A stretch of DNA of 64,000 nt from Chiloscyllium plagiosum. Its lineage: Eukaryota. The translations under genes and the position numbers were made by a program. The notes beneath the pieces were generated by a model. It made no database searches. It was not told the DNA's origin and was given only the letters and a program-made list of their open reading frames with translations. Below, piece after piece: positions 38,911 through 52,128 of the stretch; position 1 is the stretch's first letter; each line of letters opens with the position of its first letter. The stretch spans positions 34,716,453 through 34,780,452 of the forward strand of contig NC_057720.1 of assembly GCF_004010195.1 (NCBI RefSeq). The letters are read 5' to 3'.

Positions 38911-39249
38911 CACCTATAACAATTCCTCTTCAACCAAGATAGCCCCTTCGTCCTTCTGAATGAAACTGTCAATTCACAGTAACTTGAGTCAAATTGTACT
39001 TAAAATAAGCCGCAGATATGAGCCTGCAAACAATTTCTATCACTTCATTCTACTGTATTGTACCACTTGTAGCTCAGGGATACTGCCTCTCTCCCATCTG
39101 CCAGAGTTCACATTTAAAACATAAAAGGAGTGACCCAATACACAGCAGCTCACAGATCACCGACCTTTCATCTGGAGGTTATAGACACTGTATCATTTCT
39201 CACCAAAAGCTTGCATGACACCAACATGAAATGTGGCTTCAGAATGATC

Positions 39250-39456
39250 TGGAGAAAGTGAGGACTGCAAATGCTGGAGATCAGAGTCAAGAGTGTGGTG
39301 CTGGAAAAGCAGAGCATGTCAGGTAGCATCCAAGGAGCAGGAGAATTGACTTTTCAGGCATAAACACTTCATCAGGAATTCTTTTGCCTGAAACATCAAT
39401 TCTCCTGCTCCTCAGATGCAGCCTGACATGCTGTGCTTTTCCAGTACCACACTCTC
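39250..39456. mobile_element. Palindromic PLE mini-element (family A)
   Basis: Arms fold around CAGGAATTC near 39373-39381; diverged TSD GCTTCAGAATGA / GCATCAGGATGA. Confidence 0.82.
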
Positions 39457-42424
39457 GCATCAGGATGACAACCTCACATGAACATTTAGGGCATGTCCCA
39501 TACAGCTTTATTGATCCTAATCAACTCTCAACTCTTTGACCACACTGAATAACCTTTCACTTAACTTTTAACTTGCCTCATGCCACATTCTACTCATTAA
39601 TAATGCACACAGCCAAGCACAGTTCTCTCTCTCTAGTTACCAGTACAGTTGAGGTATTCATGTAGCCATTCTAATGTCTGTTAATGCCGAAGAACATTCA
39701 CAATGAGGTGTAAATGTCTGCGTACAGAGGCAGGTTTGCCTGATAAAAATCTACTCATCCACTTGGAGCAAGGGGGTATGTGACTGTGCTGAAGGAGAGA
39801 TTGGATATAGCCAGCCATCCAGTGAGACAACCTCCAAGCAGCTCATACCAACTGCCCAGCGATGAGCAGGTCTGAATGAAACCTTGTAATGGAAGGCATA
39901 TTGTGACTGTAACAAATATTTATGTCTTTCTCTGCAGCCTTAGGAACATTGGACCAAACAAGGGGCAGCAGAAGTAGAGCACACATCCTCCAAAGAATTT
40001 TTTTAAAAAGTTAGAGCATTGTGAAGCATAATAAGGCTGTCAGATGTCAGCTGGGGGAATCCTAATCTCTGGAAAGCTGGACTGTAAACTGCATGGTTAG
40101 AAATATCAAAAACTAGAACAGAAACATGCCATTTGGCCCATTTAGCACTGTCATGGTCTCTACCTCAAGGGCTTACTCCCCCTCTAAAACACAACAGTTT
40201 TTATTCACTCACGGGATTTGTGCATCAATGGTTGGCCCAGAATTTGATGTCCGTTCCTAGCTACCTTTGAGATGGTTGTGGTGAGCTGCCTTCTTGAACT
40301 GCTGCAGTCCATGAAAGCAGACCAAAATTGGGCTTCACGAAGCAGATCCTTGTTGAGGAGGTACCACTGGTTAGCACTGTTGATGACATCTTCCATTGCT
40401 TTACTGATGATCGAGAGTAGACTGATGAAGCAGTAATTGTCTGGATTGGATTTGCAGAACAGATCTGGTAGATGCTAGTGTTGTACCTGTACTGGCTAGG
40501 GGAGCAGAGAGTGCATTGAAAATCCAGTCCTGCTATTCCTCAAATTATGAAAAAGTTAGGTTTTTTTTGTAAAAGAAATATGCAAAATTCCCAAACTATC
40601 TGATTTTCAAATCTAGGTTGATAGAAAGCATGGACTAGGTTTCTGTACTTAACAAAAAATCATTATTTATTAAAGGTCATTAAAATCTAGCTACAGATAA
40701 ATAATTAAACTAAATTAAGTAAACTTGACAAATTATAACTCTAAACACCTTATAAACTCCCTATCACACACGCACATACAGACAAACATAAATGGTGGGA
40801 AACCATTTGGGTGGAGGGAAAATTGAGCAGACAAAGTTGATAATCTTGCTTACAATATGTCAGCTTAATTCTTGCTGATCCTTGACTTTCCTTCTAAATG
40901 CTTCCACTGGTTTTCAAGAGGCACAGAGTGGCTGTTTCACTTATGAAAGGTCTCTAACTTATCCATTGAGAATCACAAATTGCAGCATCTGCTTAAAGAA
41001 AGATAACTTGGTTTCCTTCTGGTTTAAATGTGGCTTAGAGAATTGAAAGTGAGAGTTTTCTTGACTACTGCAGTCCTTGTTTCTTTTCAAGTCTGACAAC
41101 TTGCACACTCTGACAATCAGCTAACTGGCAACCAATCATAGCGTCCATAGAGTCATAGCACCTTGTTGTTGGCAGGTAGGGGACCTTTGTTACTGATCAT
41201 TGTTTTGTGAATTAGGGCCCAGATAATTCCACTTGCAAATAACCTTTGGCTTCTGTTTGCCTGCACATTACTGAAATTTACAACTACACCAACAAAGTTC
41301 ACAATAGGTCTCAAATGTCTCACTTTCAAAACTATCTTTATAAACAGCTCGGTTTCCAATCAGTTCTTGCTCATTTCAGTTCACCATCTTTAAAAAGTAT
41401 AAAATTAAAAACACACACTTTACACTCCCCCACACCCCTTGATACCTTTAGCTTCTAGAAATCTATCTATTTCTTTATTAAATATTTGAAGTGATTTTAT
41501 CTTCATAGCCTTCTGTGCCAAAATGTTCCACAGGCTCACTGTCCTAACTGAGCTGGGGGCTCCTTGTCCTCCACCCCAGCCTGGTGCTGCTCCTGGGCTT
41601 GGCATTTGTCCTGCTCTTTCTGCATTTGTTTATGCCTTCTGAGGTATGCAGCAACAGTGACCAATATGTTTCCAGTGGCAGGGCCTATGAATCTCTCAGA
41701 ACACTTAATGGTGTCATACCCTACAGATGAGACCTGAGAACACTTATTCACACAGCCAGACTTGCTGCAATCAGAGAATGAGGAATATTTCTCCATCCTC
41801 CATCCAAATTCAGTCTCAGCAAGTTGGTGAAGGTGCTGTTCTGGTTGTGTGACTGCCAATGTCATGTGAAAGGAGTGCCTGCAATGCACCAACACCTTAC
41901 CAACCTAAAACCACCTGAAATCTCAACACCTCACTGTGTTCAGTGTAGACCATCATCATAGTTAGATAATAGATAAGGGCATAATGCGCACACTGGTCCC
42001 TTGGAAGCCGGGTGCATAGTGATTCCCATTCAGCCCACATTGACCTATTGTTGCATCATTGCTGACAACTTGCACATTTTGAGATGCCCAAGTTTAATTT
42101 GCAAGAATCAATGCATCTGGAAAATTGCCTTTAACCTCATTCTGAATGCTCCTCTCAAAAGAAGCTTTTCCAAAATCCAAATACAACACATCCACTGTTT
42201 ATTTATCATCTGTTGTTCTAGCTACGTATTCAAAGAAAACTCCAATAAATTACTACCTTGGAAGTCCTGCTTTTAAATTTCTTTCCTTAGTCCTTCTTTT
42301 TTGCTTGCAGGACCCCATCCCTTTTTTAACCTATGTAGTTGTTGCCAACACAGGTCATGACTCTAGCTGTTCTCCCTATTTCTGCCACCAGACAGATATC
42401 ATACCATCCTGGCATCAGGTCTGC

Positions 42425-42820
42425 ATAGAGTCAGAGTCATAGAGATATGTAACATGTAAACAGACCTTCGGTCCAGTTGATCAGATATAATAAAATGACC
42501 TCGTCCCATTTGGCAGCATTTGGCCCCTATTTCTCTAAACTTTTCCTATTCACATACTCATGCAGATGCCTTTTAATCATTGTAGCTGTACCAGCCTCCA
42601 CCACTTCTTCTGGCAGCTCATTCCATACATGTACCACCTTCTGAGTGAAAACTTTGCCCCTCAGGTCCCTTTTAAATCTTTCCCCTCTCATCTTAAATCT
42701 ATGCCCTCCAGTTTTGGACTCCCAACCTTTGGAAAAAGACCTTGGCTATTCATCCTATTCATGTCCCTCATGGTTTTATAAAGCTCTATAAGGTCACACC
42801 TCAGCTTTCAACACACAGGA
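42425..42820 (-). mobile_element. CR1 3' fragment
   Basis: Tail complement CATAGAGTCAGAGTCATAGAG; WNELP region. Confidence 0.9.
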
Positions 42821-42829
42821 ATTGATATC

Positions 42830-43290
42830 TGTTACCTTTAATAGGGTCCTCTATCAGGTTACTCTTGTACTCTTTGCCTTCACATCACATCTAGTGCCAC
42901 AGTTTGGCTCTTACTACATTCCCCTGAGAAACCGCCTCACCCAGCAATATTCAAAAATGGGAAATCTGTTAGCAAGACAGTGTCACAGGGATGTTCTGTA
43001 CTATCTGCCTGGTGCATTTACTCTAGTGATGTCTTTTTGCCAAAACCTGTGGTGTGACCATCTCGATGTACATGTTATCCACAAGGAGCTTAGCTTCATG
43101 GATACTTTTCAGTGATTCCAGCCACTGTACCAGATCTGAAACTAGATATGAAACTGAAACTAGCTGCAGCTGGACACATTTCCTACACACGTGGTCACCC
43201 GGAAACACTGGACATGCCCATGACTTCTAACATTGCACAAGAACAACATTCCCCTGGGCTGTGCTGCTTTCTTATGATTAATCCTTAAGT
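42830..43290 (-). mobile_element. CR1 ORF1 N-terminal remnant (zinc finger / leucine zipper)
   Basis: PGDHVCRKCVQLQL...L...LESLKSIHEA...VVTPQV-like (EMVTPQV). Confidence 0.7.
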
Positions 43291-43999
43291 TATTCCTTTT
43301 CCATTTTCTTTCTCTACTTTATGGAAGATTATATATGAACCAGGAATCTTATCTTACTCCTTGTCATGGGCTCCTTACTTGCCTGCTCCTCTCAGTAATG
43401 CTGACAGACAGTCTATTATGGGGTCAGCACCTAAGCCACTCCTTTCAGTGATCTGGCTGTTTGCAATGGGGTACTCACCACATCCACTTCTTTTCTCACC
43501 TCATCTGCTTCTCACAACAATGCATTGATATGCCTTCCCATGATCAGTTGCACATCAAGAACTTTCATTGAAAATCTTTTTGAAGGAAATGACTCGTTTC
43601 TAAATTAATGGAATAATAGTTTAATCACCCACACTAAAAGGAAGCTGTCCACCACATTAGATATTCATCTTGTATATATAGTTGGGTTAGTGAACACTTT
43701 TCTCATTTTTAATTGACAAAATTTCTGAAGATTAAGAAAACGGACTGATTGCAGTTTTCTGAGAATTTAATACCAAAAGTTTAACCCATCATCAGGTAGC
43801 AGAGATTTTGTCTCATGCCTAATTAAGTTCCCTTGCCGAGCATTCTAAACCCCTAAAGGGGCCACAAAAATATTCACCTAACATTTAGCTTCCAATGTGA
43901 CTCCTGTTTGGAATGTTCTTAACTACATTATGAAATTAAAATGATACTTTTCAGCAGTATCTCCTCAGTTGTGCTAAATTTTAAGTTCTCACCATTTAG

Positions 44000-44112
44000 A
44001 ATCATGTCTGCAAATCAAGTTTTGTTGTTTATCAATTTGCTAAATGGAATTGTTTTCAATCTATGTTTGCACATATTAAAAGAGGTGCAATGATTTTCAA
44101 ATCTTCTCCAAA
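44000..44112 (+). CDS. Candidate penultimate exon (NHVCKSSFVVYQFAKWNCFQSMFAHIKRGAMIFKSSP) of an LRMP/IRAG2-like gene or pseudogene
   Basis: ttctcaccatttag acceptor, consensus AA|gtaagt donor, only one open frame (phase 0 to 2), which joins in frame to 59757. Confidence 0.45.
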
Positions 44113-45137
44113 GTAAGTGAGCCCCCTCAGAGTACAAAACCGGATAAACTGGTAAAGTGAGCCAATAGCTGCAACAGAGTAATAAGAAAGGAATATCTTG
44201 GTCTTGGTTTTAAATGCAGTTACCTTTCTATATCCGTGATTAGTCACACAGAAAGCATCTTACCAGATAAAAAATGATAAGTGGTTCCCATACATTCCTG
44301 CCAAATAATGACAGCTATGAATGCGACATCAACAACTAAATGTGGTTTCTGTCTGAAGCAAGAAAGAAATAAAATAAGAAGTAATTTGCAAAATGGGTAG
44401 GCTGTTGATAGTCTGCTAATTAAGTAAACTGTAATATCTCCCTTCGTACAGGAATGTAGGTTCTGAGAGCTATGGATTTATCCAATTGCCTTTCCTGTAG
44501 TGGCATTTATTAAATGTGTTACAAGTCACTGCAAAAAATGCAGCACGACACAGTGATGAAGGAGACTCCCTTTCTCTTCCATCTAACTAAACTTTGCGAC
44601 CCAAAGCAAAGAGGTATTGGAAGATAGTTCTAGTATCCAAGGAACCATTCTGATCATTCTCATAAGTTGGCAAAGTTGGGTATCTTTGACTGGTTTACGA
44701 TCGCTTCATAATACATAACATTGTCACTAAGAACATGGTACAGACTTGCATGATCTTTCAATATTAATCAGATGCAAACTGCATATTAATACAGTGAAAG
44801 ATAAATCTGTTTACAAATGTTCACACCTGGTCTTGTTTTGACCTGAAGGCAACATGTGTCACAGCCAATTATACTGCAAAGCAAGGGAAGGCACCCGTTG
44901 GCGTGAACTGGATGGTTCATTCTCTTCAGAGTCATTGTCATAGAGTCATAGAGGTCTACAGCATATTAAAAGGCCCTTCAGCCCATCAAGTGTGCGCCAG
45001 TCAATAACAACCACCTAATCTTATTTTCCAGCATCTGGCCCCATTTGTATGCCTTTGCATCACAAGTGCACACCCAAATACTTCTTAAATGTTATGAGAG
45101 TTTCTTCCTTTATCACCCTATAGGTAATACAGGCTTT

Positions 45138-45449
45138 GGGTGACAAGGTGACTCAGTGGTTAGCACCAGGGACCCGGATTCAATTCCTGCCTTGGGTGAC
45201 TGACTGTGTGGAGTTTGCACGTTCTCCCCGTGTCTGCATGGGTACTTCTGCTGGGTACTCTGGTTTCTTCCCACAATCCAAAGATGTGCCAGCCAGGTGA
45301 ATTGGCCATGACAAATTGCCCATTAGGTGAATTAGTTAGGGGTAAATGTGGGGCGGGGGAGTGGGTCTGGGTGGGTTGCTCTTCAGAGGGTTGGTATGGA
45401 CTTGTCGGGCTGAAGGGCTTGTTTCCATACTATAGGGAATCTAATCTAA
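45138..45449 (+). mobile_element. HE1/V-SINE-type SINE
   Basis: Head, V-domain, (AATCT)n tail. Confidence 0.88.
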
Positions 45450-46983
45450 TAACTTCCAGATTCAGAACATGCTCTAGATGAAAACATTTCTCCTTACATT
45501 CCTTCTAAACCTCCTGCTCCTTAACTTAAATCAATGCCCCCGATAATTGATCTCTCCACCAAGGGGAAAAGTTTTCTTCTGTTTACCCTACCTACATCCC
45601 TTTTAATTTTATACATCTCAATCATATTCCTCTTCAGTCTCCTCTGCTCCAAGGAAAACAACTCCAGTCTATCCAACCTCTTCTTGTCATTAAAAATCTT
45701 CAGCCCACGTAACATTCTCTGCCCCCTCTCCAGTGCAATCATGTCCCTCCTATAATGTGAATTTCATAATGCACACAACACTCTCGGTGCAGCCTAACCA
45801 ATGTTTTTGAATAACCTCCCTACGCTTAAACTCTATGCCTCAACTAATGAAGTCAAGTACCCCATATGCCTTCAGAACCATTTTGTCTATCCGTCCCTCT
45901 ATCTTTTGGGAATGGTGAATGTGCACGTGAATGATCATCGGTGCTTCCCAGAGTCCTACTGTTCATCATGTATTCCCTTGTCTTGTTTGACCTGACCAAT
46001 TGTATTGCCTCAAACTTATTCAGTTTGCCACTGAATTCCATTTGCCACTGATTAGTCGATCTTCCTCTCATCTAAGATTATCCTCCTCCTTATTTACCAT
46101 CCATCAATTTTTGTCCATCTGCAAACTTACTGATCATTCAAGTCTAAATTGTTCACATATACTACAAACAACCCCAGCATTGATCTCTGTGTCACCCCAC
46201 TGGAAAAAGACTTGCAGTCAGAAAAAAACCCTCGTCTATTACCCTCTGCTTCCTGTCACCCAGCCAATTCCAGCTCAATTTGCCAAATTTCCTTAGATCC
46301 CATAGACTCTTAACTTGCCCAATAGTCTCCCATGTGGGACCTTATCAAAAGCCTTCTAAAGTCCAAGGAGACAACATTGATGCTGACTATTCTCAATTAA
46401 TCCTTGCCACTCCCAGTGCAGTTTAATTCTGTCCCTCAGAATTGCTTCCAATCGATTGTCCACCACTGAGGTTAGACTAACTTGCCTGTAGTTTCCTGGT
46501 TTATTTCTTGTTCCCTTCCACAATACCAGTACCATATGGACTGTCCTACAATCCTCCCCTACGTCTTCTGTGTCCAGAGATGAATTGAAAATTATTGCCA
46601 ACACCCCTGCAATTTCCTTCCCTACCTTAATCAATAGACTGGGTTACATTTTATCCGGCCCTGAAGGTTTACATACTTTTAAACCTGCCAGACCACTCAG
46701 AACTTCCTCTCTGTCTGTGCTGACTTCTTCACGTATATCACAGGCCTTCTCTCTTTTGCTGTACACACATTGTCCTTCTCATTAGTGAATACTGACACAA
46801 ATTATTTATTTAGAACCTTACCTACCTCTTCTGGTCTCACACACAGACTACCACTGTGGCCCATAATGGGCCCTACTCTTTCCCGAGTTATCCTTTATCC
46901 TTAATGCACTTGTAAAATAACTTAGGATTTACCTTTATTTTACCTGCCATTATTCTTCCATGCCAGAATTTCCTCTTTCTCTT

Positions 46984-47300
46984 TGGGCGGCATAGTGGCT
47001 CAGTAGCTAGCACTGTTATCTCGCAGGGACCCAGGTTTGATTACAGCCTCGGGCGACTGTCTGCATGGAGTTTGCACATTCTCCCTGTGTCTGTGTGGGT
47101 TTCCTCTGGGTGCTCCAGTTTCCTCCCACAGTCCAAAGATGTGCGGGTTAGGTGAATTGGTCATGCTAAATTGCTCGTACTGATAGGTGCATTAGTAGGG
47201 AGTAGGTGAATGGGTCTGGGTGGGTTACTCTTCAGAGGGTCGGTGTGGACTTGTTGGGCCAAAGGGCCTGTTTCTGCACTGTAGGGAATCTAATCTAATC
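46984..47300 (+). mobile_element. HE1/V-SINE-type SINE
   Basis: Head, V-domain, (AATCT)n tail. Confidence 0.9.
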
Positions 47301-50067
47301 TTACACACCCTGCCCTCCTATGGATGTTCTGTTGATCTGAAACTTTGGCATCTGCAATAAGCCTCTCCTTTTTTCTCTTTATCCAGTCCTGTGCATCCCT
47401 TGATATCCAGAATTCGCAAGATTTGTGGTTCTATCCTTTATCTTCATTCAATCATGTTGCCCCTATACTTTCCCTTATTCCTCCTAGATTTACCTAAACG
47501 TATCTGGTCCCAGTCCACTCTGGTCAAATCATACCTGTTCTTATTAAAATCAGTCTTCCTCCAGTGTAGAACTGTAATTTCAGGCCTACCTTTATCCATT
47601 TCTATATAAATCTTGAATCTAACAGAGTTGTGATCAGGGTCTGCACTATGCTCCCCCATTGATGCTTCAACCACTTGTCTGACATTGTTACCTAAAAGTA
47701 AGTCCAGGATCTCCCCCTCTCTTGTAGGGACTTCTACATACTGGTTTAAAAAGATCTCATGGATAGATTTTAAGAATTCTGCTCACTCCAAACCCTTCAC
47801 ACAATGTCCACCTGTTGATTTGGGAAAGTTGAAATCCAATCCAATAAATGCCCTATTTCTTTGACATTTCCCTGAAATTTGCCACACATCAGCCCTTCTA
47901 TTTTTCTCGGACTATTAGGGGTCTGATAGTGCACTCCCAGCAATGTGATTGCTCCTTTTTTGGTTTTTTTAAGTTCAACCCAAATTACTTCATTTGAGGA
48001 GCCTCCTAAAATGTTACCTCCCATTATTGCTGTAATTGGTTCCCTGATCAATAGTATGACACCCATCCTCCTTCCCTCTCTCACTTGAAGAGTCTATGTC
48101 CTGGAATATTAAGCTACCAAACTGCCCTCTTGCAACCATGTCTCAGTAGTAGCAATTACACCATAGCTCCAGGTTTTAATTTGTGTTCTCAACTCAGTTA
48201 CCTTGTTTGTTACACTCTTTGCATTAAAATATCCAACCTTGCCAAACTCCCTTATACCTTAAACTGACCTTTAGTTCTATGGTATAGAAAGTACACTTTC
48301 TCCCTTGTTATTTTGTCTAATTTTGGCCTTTCATCTCCCCCCGCTGAATCTTTGGTCTGGATCTCACCTCCTTGCCAAGTTCATTTAAACTCTGCTCACA
48401 TCCAGAGGAAAATTGATGCAACAGTATGCCTGGGCAAATTGGTGACATCCAGGATGCAATCAGACTGTAGAATGGGAGATGGGTAAAATGTCTTCTGTAG
48501 TAAGTCGGAAGGATCTTGAAGAGAAGAAACAAATTTGTCACTTTCCAGGCCATTGGCAAGGCATGATTCGCCTGCTTGCTTCAGATGGGAAACTCGGTCT
48601 TCCAGACACTTTAAGTGGATAAAATGTTACAGTCGCGAAGAGGACTGGAGCTTGGAGATAGTATATACTTGTGCGTCTCAAGGGTTGCAGCCTCCTACCT
48701 CCAGCCCTGGACCAAAACTAAAATTCCCATCTGTGAGTTTGGCTCAGTTCCCTCAAGCAATCAATATTTACAACGTCACCTCAAAACTCAATAGAGGAGT
48801 CCAAAAAGTCTTGTAATTTGATCATACCCAAAGCAGCATGTAATATTTATCAAAATTCTGCATGAGGCAACCAAGAGCAGTGCAATATCAGCAGATTATT
48901 ACTATACTGAGTCATACAACAGACTGGGAGTGGGTTAAAGCACCATATAAAAACGTCAAGGAATGGTGACAAATGTCAATGACGACAGTAATGAATTACA
49001 CAACAGATATACTGAAAAGCTGCCTTTTCAGATAGAAAATTATCATTTTCACAGTTATATTCCACAAATTTTCACAAATAAAAATAAGTCATGGTGTTGT
49101 ACACTATAAAATTTGTTCAACACCTGAGTTGATACAAGTCAAAGTCATGACTTCAAAAATATTTTTATATCTTTAAAATGATTCATCCATGTCCCACCCA
49201 TGGCTGATTCATCAGTAAAAAATCACCATTGTTTTGGCTGAGGAGAAGGAAAACAGAGGTGAAAATGGTGGTAGAGGAAGAGTAGATTGATATTTGGAAC
49301 GTTATCCAACACAAAGTAGCATAAAGTAATTAACAAAAGAGAAATGTTGGGCGTCAGCTCACATGCGGGATCTTAAGTGATCCACCTTCTAGTGATTGAA
49401 TCATCCTTACTTACAGCTGGAAAGCATGAATCAACACATCACATGCACAGATTAAGGGCTGTTTCTTTTTATATCACAAAATATAGCTTAGGTCCCCAAA
49501 ACGACTTTGATGACCTATTGATTCAATCAGATGTTTAGCAATATTTCATCCTAATGATCCACAATGTCATTCAGCTTGCAGCATTGGTAAAAGATCTTTG
49601 TCCATTTAATTGACTAGCAAACTGTACTCACCTGACATCTAATATCATCCTGGCTGCATATCCGGATGTCAATATCCTATGGATCCTCTGACAGCCAACT
49701 TGACAACAATTTGGGGCCGCTGGCATGCTCTGCACTACAGGATCTCTGTCTTCTCCCAATATTTAACTTTAAATACTGGTTTAAGTTTTGATGGTAGCCA
49801 CAATCTCTTCTTTTGCTTCAATAAAATATTGCTGTTAATTACCTGTGTTCTTTTCAATGTGCTTCATACAAAGTGGATGGATGGATTGCAACTTTTCAGT
49901 ACAGCCTTTCTTCAGTGCTGGAAGACCAGTTGCCAATTCAAGTTAAATAGTCAGAAAGTCAACATCATATTGTCACTTTCTTAAGCAATTTGTCAAATCT
50001 ATTGGATTTTCTGTCGATCAAAGTCTATTTTATGTGTCAAAACACCACAGAAACTCAGTAAATGAAC

Positions 50068-50266
50068 TGACAAAGGAGCAGCACTCTGAAAACTTGTCAT
50101 AGTCATAGAGTCATAGAGATGTACAGCACGGAAACAGACCCTTCGGTCCAACCCGTCCATGCCGACCAGATATCCCAACCCAATCTAATCCCACCTGCCA
50201 GCACCCGGCCGTGATTTCAAATAAACCTGTTAGACGAGAACTTGATGTCATGTGATTTCTGACTTT
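50068..50266 (+). mobile_element. PLE family C arm split by a minus-strand CR1 tail (50098-50210)
   Basis: CTGACAAAGGAGCAGCACTCTGAAAACTTGT | CR1 tail | GTGATTTCAAATAAACCTGTT. Confidence 0.7.
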
Positions 50267-50490
50267 GTGTGGAGTTTGCATGTTCTCCCTGTGTCTGTGT
50301 GGGTTTGCTCTGGTTTCCTCCCACAGTGCAAAGATGTGCAGGTTAGCTGGATTGGCCATGTTAAATTGCCCATAGTGTCAGGTGCATTAGTCAGAGGGAA
50401 ATAGGTTCTGAGTGGGTTACTCTTTGAAGGGTCGGTGTGGACTTGTTGGGTCAAAGGGCCAGTTTTCACACTGTAGGTAATCAAATCTAA
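50265..50490 (+). mobile_element. 5'-truncated HE1/V-SINE-type SINE
   Basis: V-domain and tail only. Confidence 0.88.
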
Positions 50491-51240
50491 TTAGTGCCCA
50501 TGATCTCCCATGCTCAGCCAATCCTCAAAGAATCACAGCATAGATCAGTTTTCAAAAGACTTCCATGAATTTTTGCAGCCATAATGTACCTCTGATTCAT
50601 GAAGTCCAGGTTGTCTTTCAATAGTACTGGCAAATGGGACTTGATTAGTTTAAGATATCTGGTTGGCATGGACGAGTTAGACTGACGGGTCTGTTTCTGT
50701 GCTGTACATCTCTGTGACTCTGCGTTATGCCACTTGTGATGTTAGCATACAGCTACTAAACAACTCTGGTATGCCATCATCACGTAAAACAAAAGGAAGC
50801 ATGAATTTAACATGCTACCCACAGTGCAATGAATCACAATCCCCATGCTTCTTTTGAGTGTTAGACAATTTAACCCCGGTTGTGTGGTGGTAACTGAATT
50901 TTCTCAAACGCTATATTTCAATCTTACAATACTATGGCATCAGATAATTAGAGTGATAATTATTCAAGGACATTTTGTTTTAAGGAACTTCATTCATTTT
51001 CAATGGAAGATTCAAGCTTTTTCTTTGTTCTTGGTGGCAAAAAAATGTCACCGCATGCTGCAATTAGTTAATGATAAGAGCAACTAATATTGGTTTAGCT
51101 TGTAACCATATCCTCAAGATGCAGGGACTTTATGCACATGTACCAAGAGAAAAATAACAGGGGACCTGCTTGTGGTGCAGTGGTAGTGTCCCTATCCCTG
51201 GACCTAGAAGCCTAGGTTCAAATCCTACCTGTTTCAGGGA

Positions 51241-52128
51241 TTAACAAGGTTAGATCTCATGGAATCCAAGGAGAGCTAGCCACTTGGATACAGAACTGGC
51301 TCAAAGGTAGAAGACAGAAGGTGGTGGTGGAGGGTTGTTTTTCAGACTGGAGGTTTTTGACCAGTGGAGTGCCACAAGGATCAATGCTGGTCCTCTACTT
51401 TTTGTCAATTACATAAATGAGTTGGATGCGAGCATAAGAGGTACAGTTAGTAAGTTTGCAGCGCAGATAGATAGGATAGTGAAGAAGGCGTTTGATATGC
51501 TTTCTTTTATTGGTCAGAGTATTGAGTATAGGAGCTGGGAGGTCATGTTGCGGCTGTACAGGACATTGGCTAGGCCACTGTTGGAATATTGTGTGAAATT
51601 CTGGTCTCCTTCCTATCGGAAAGATGTTGTGAAACTTGAAAGGGTTCAGAAAAGATTTACAAGGATGTTGCCAGGGTTGGAGGATTTGAGCTGTAGGGAG
51701 AGGCTGAACAGGCTGGGGCTGTTTTTCCTGGAGCATCGGGGGCTGAAGGGTGACCTTATAGAGGTTTACAAAATTATGAGGGACATGGATACAGTAAATA
51801 GGCAAAGTCTTTTCCCTGGGGTTGGGGAGTCCAGAACAAGAGGGTATTGGTTTAGGGTGAATGTGGAAAGATAAAAAAGAGATCTAAGGGGCAACTTTTC
51901 CACACAGAGAGTGGTAGGTGTATGGAATGAGCTGACAGAGGACGTGGTGGTGGCTGGTCCAATTGCAGCATTTAAGAGGCATTTGGATGGTTATATGAAT
52001 AGGAAGGGTTTGGAGGGATATGGGCCGGGTGCTGGCAGGTGGGTCTCGATTGGGTTGGGATATCTGGTCATCATGGACGGGTTGGACTGAAGGGTTTGTT
52101 TCCATGCTGTACATCTCTATGACTCTAT
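51241..52128 (+). mobile_element. CR1 RT-3' fragment with internal deletion, inserted in a short tRNA-like SINE (51160-51240, 52129-52145)
   Basis: SKFA joined directly to AQIDRIVKK; TAACA at both junctions. Confidence 0.9.

Larger units (their letters stand above)
44930..48250 (-). mobile_element. Long decayed CR1 LINE (endonuclease-RT-3' tail) with two SINE insertions
   Basis: EVIWVELK..KGAITLLGVHY, ADPDHNSVRF, KPGNYRQVSLTSVV, LFSLEQRRL, tail complement at 44930-44955. Confidence 0.88.
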
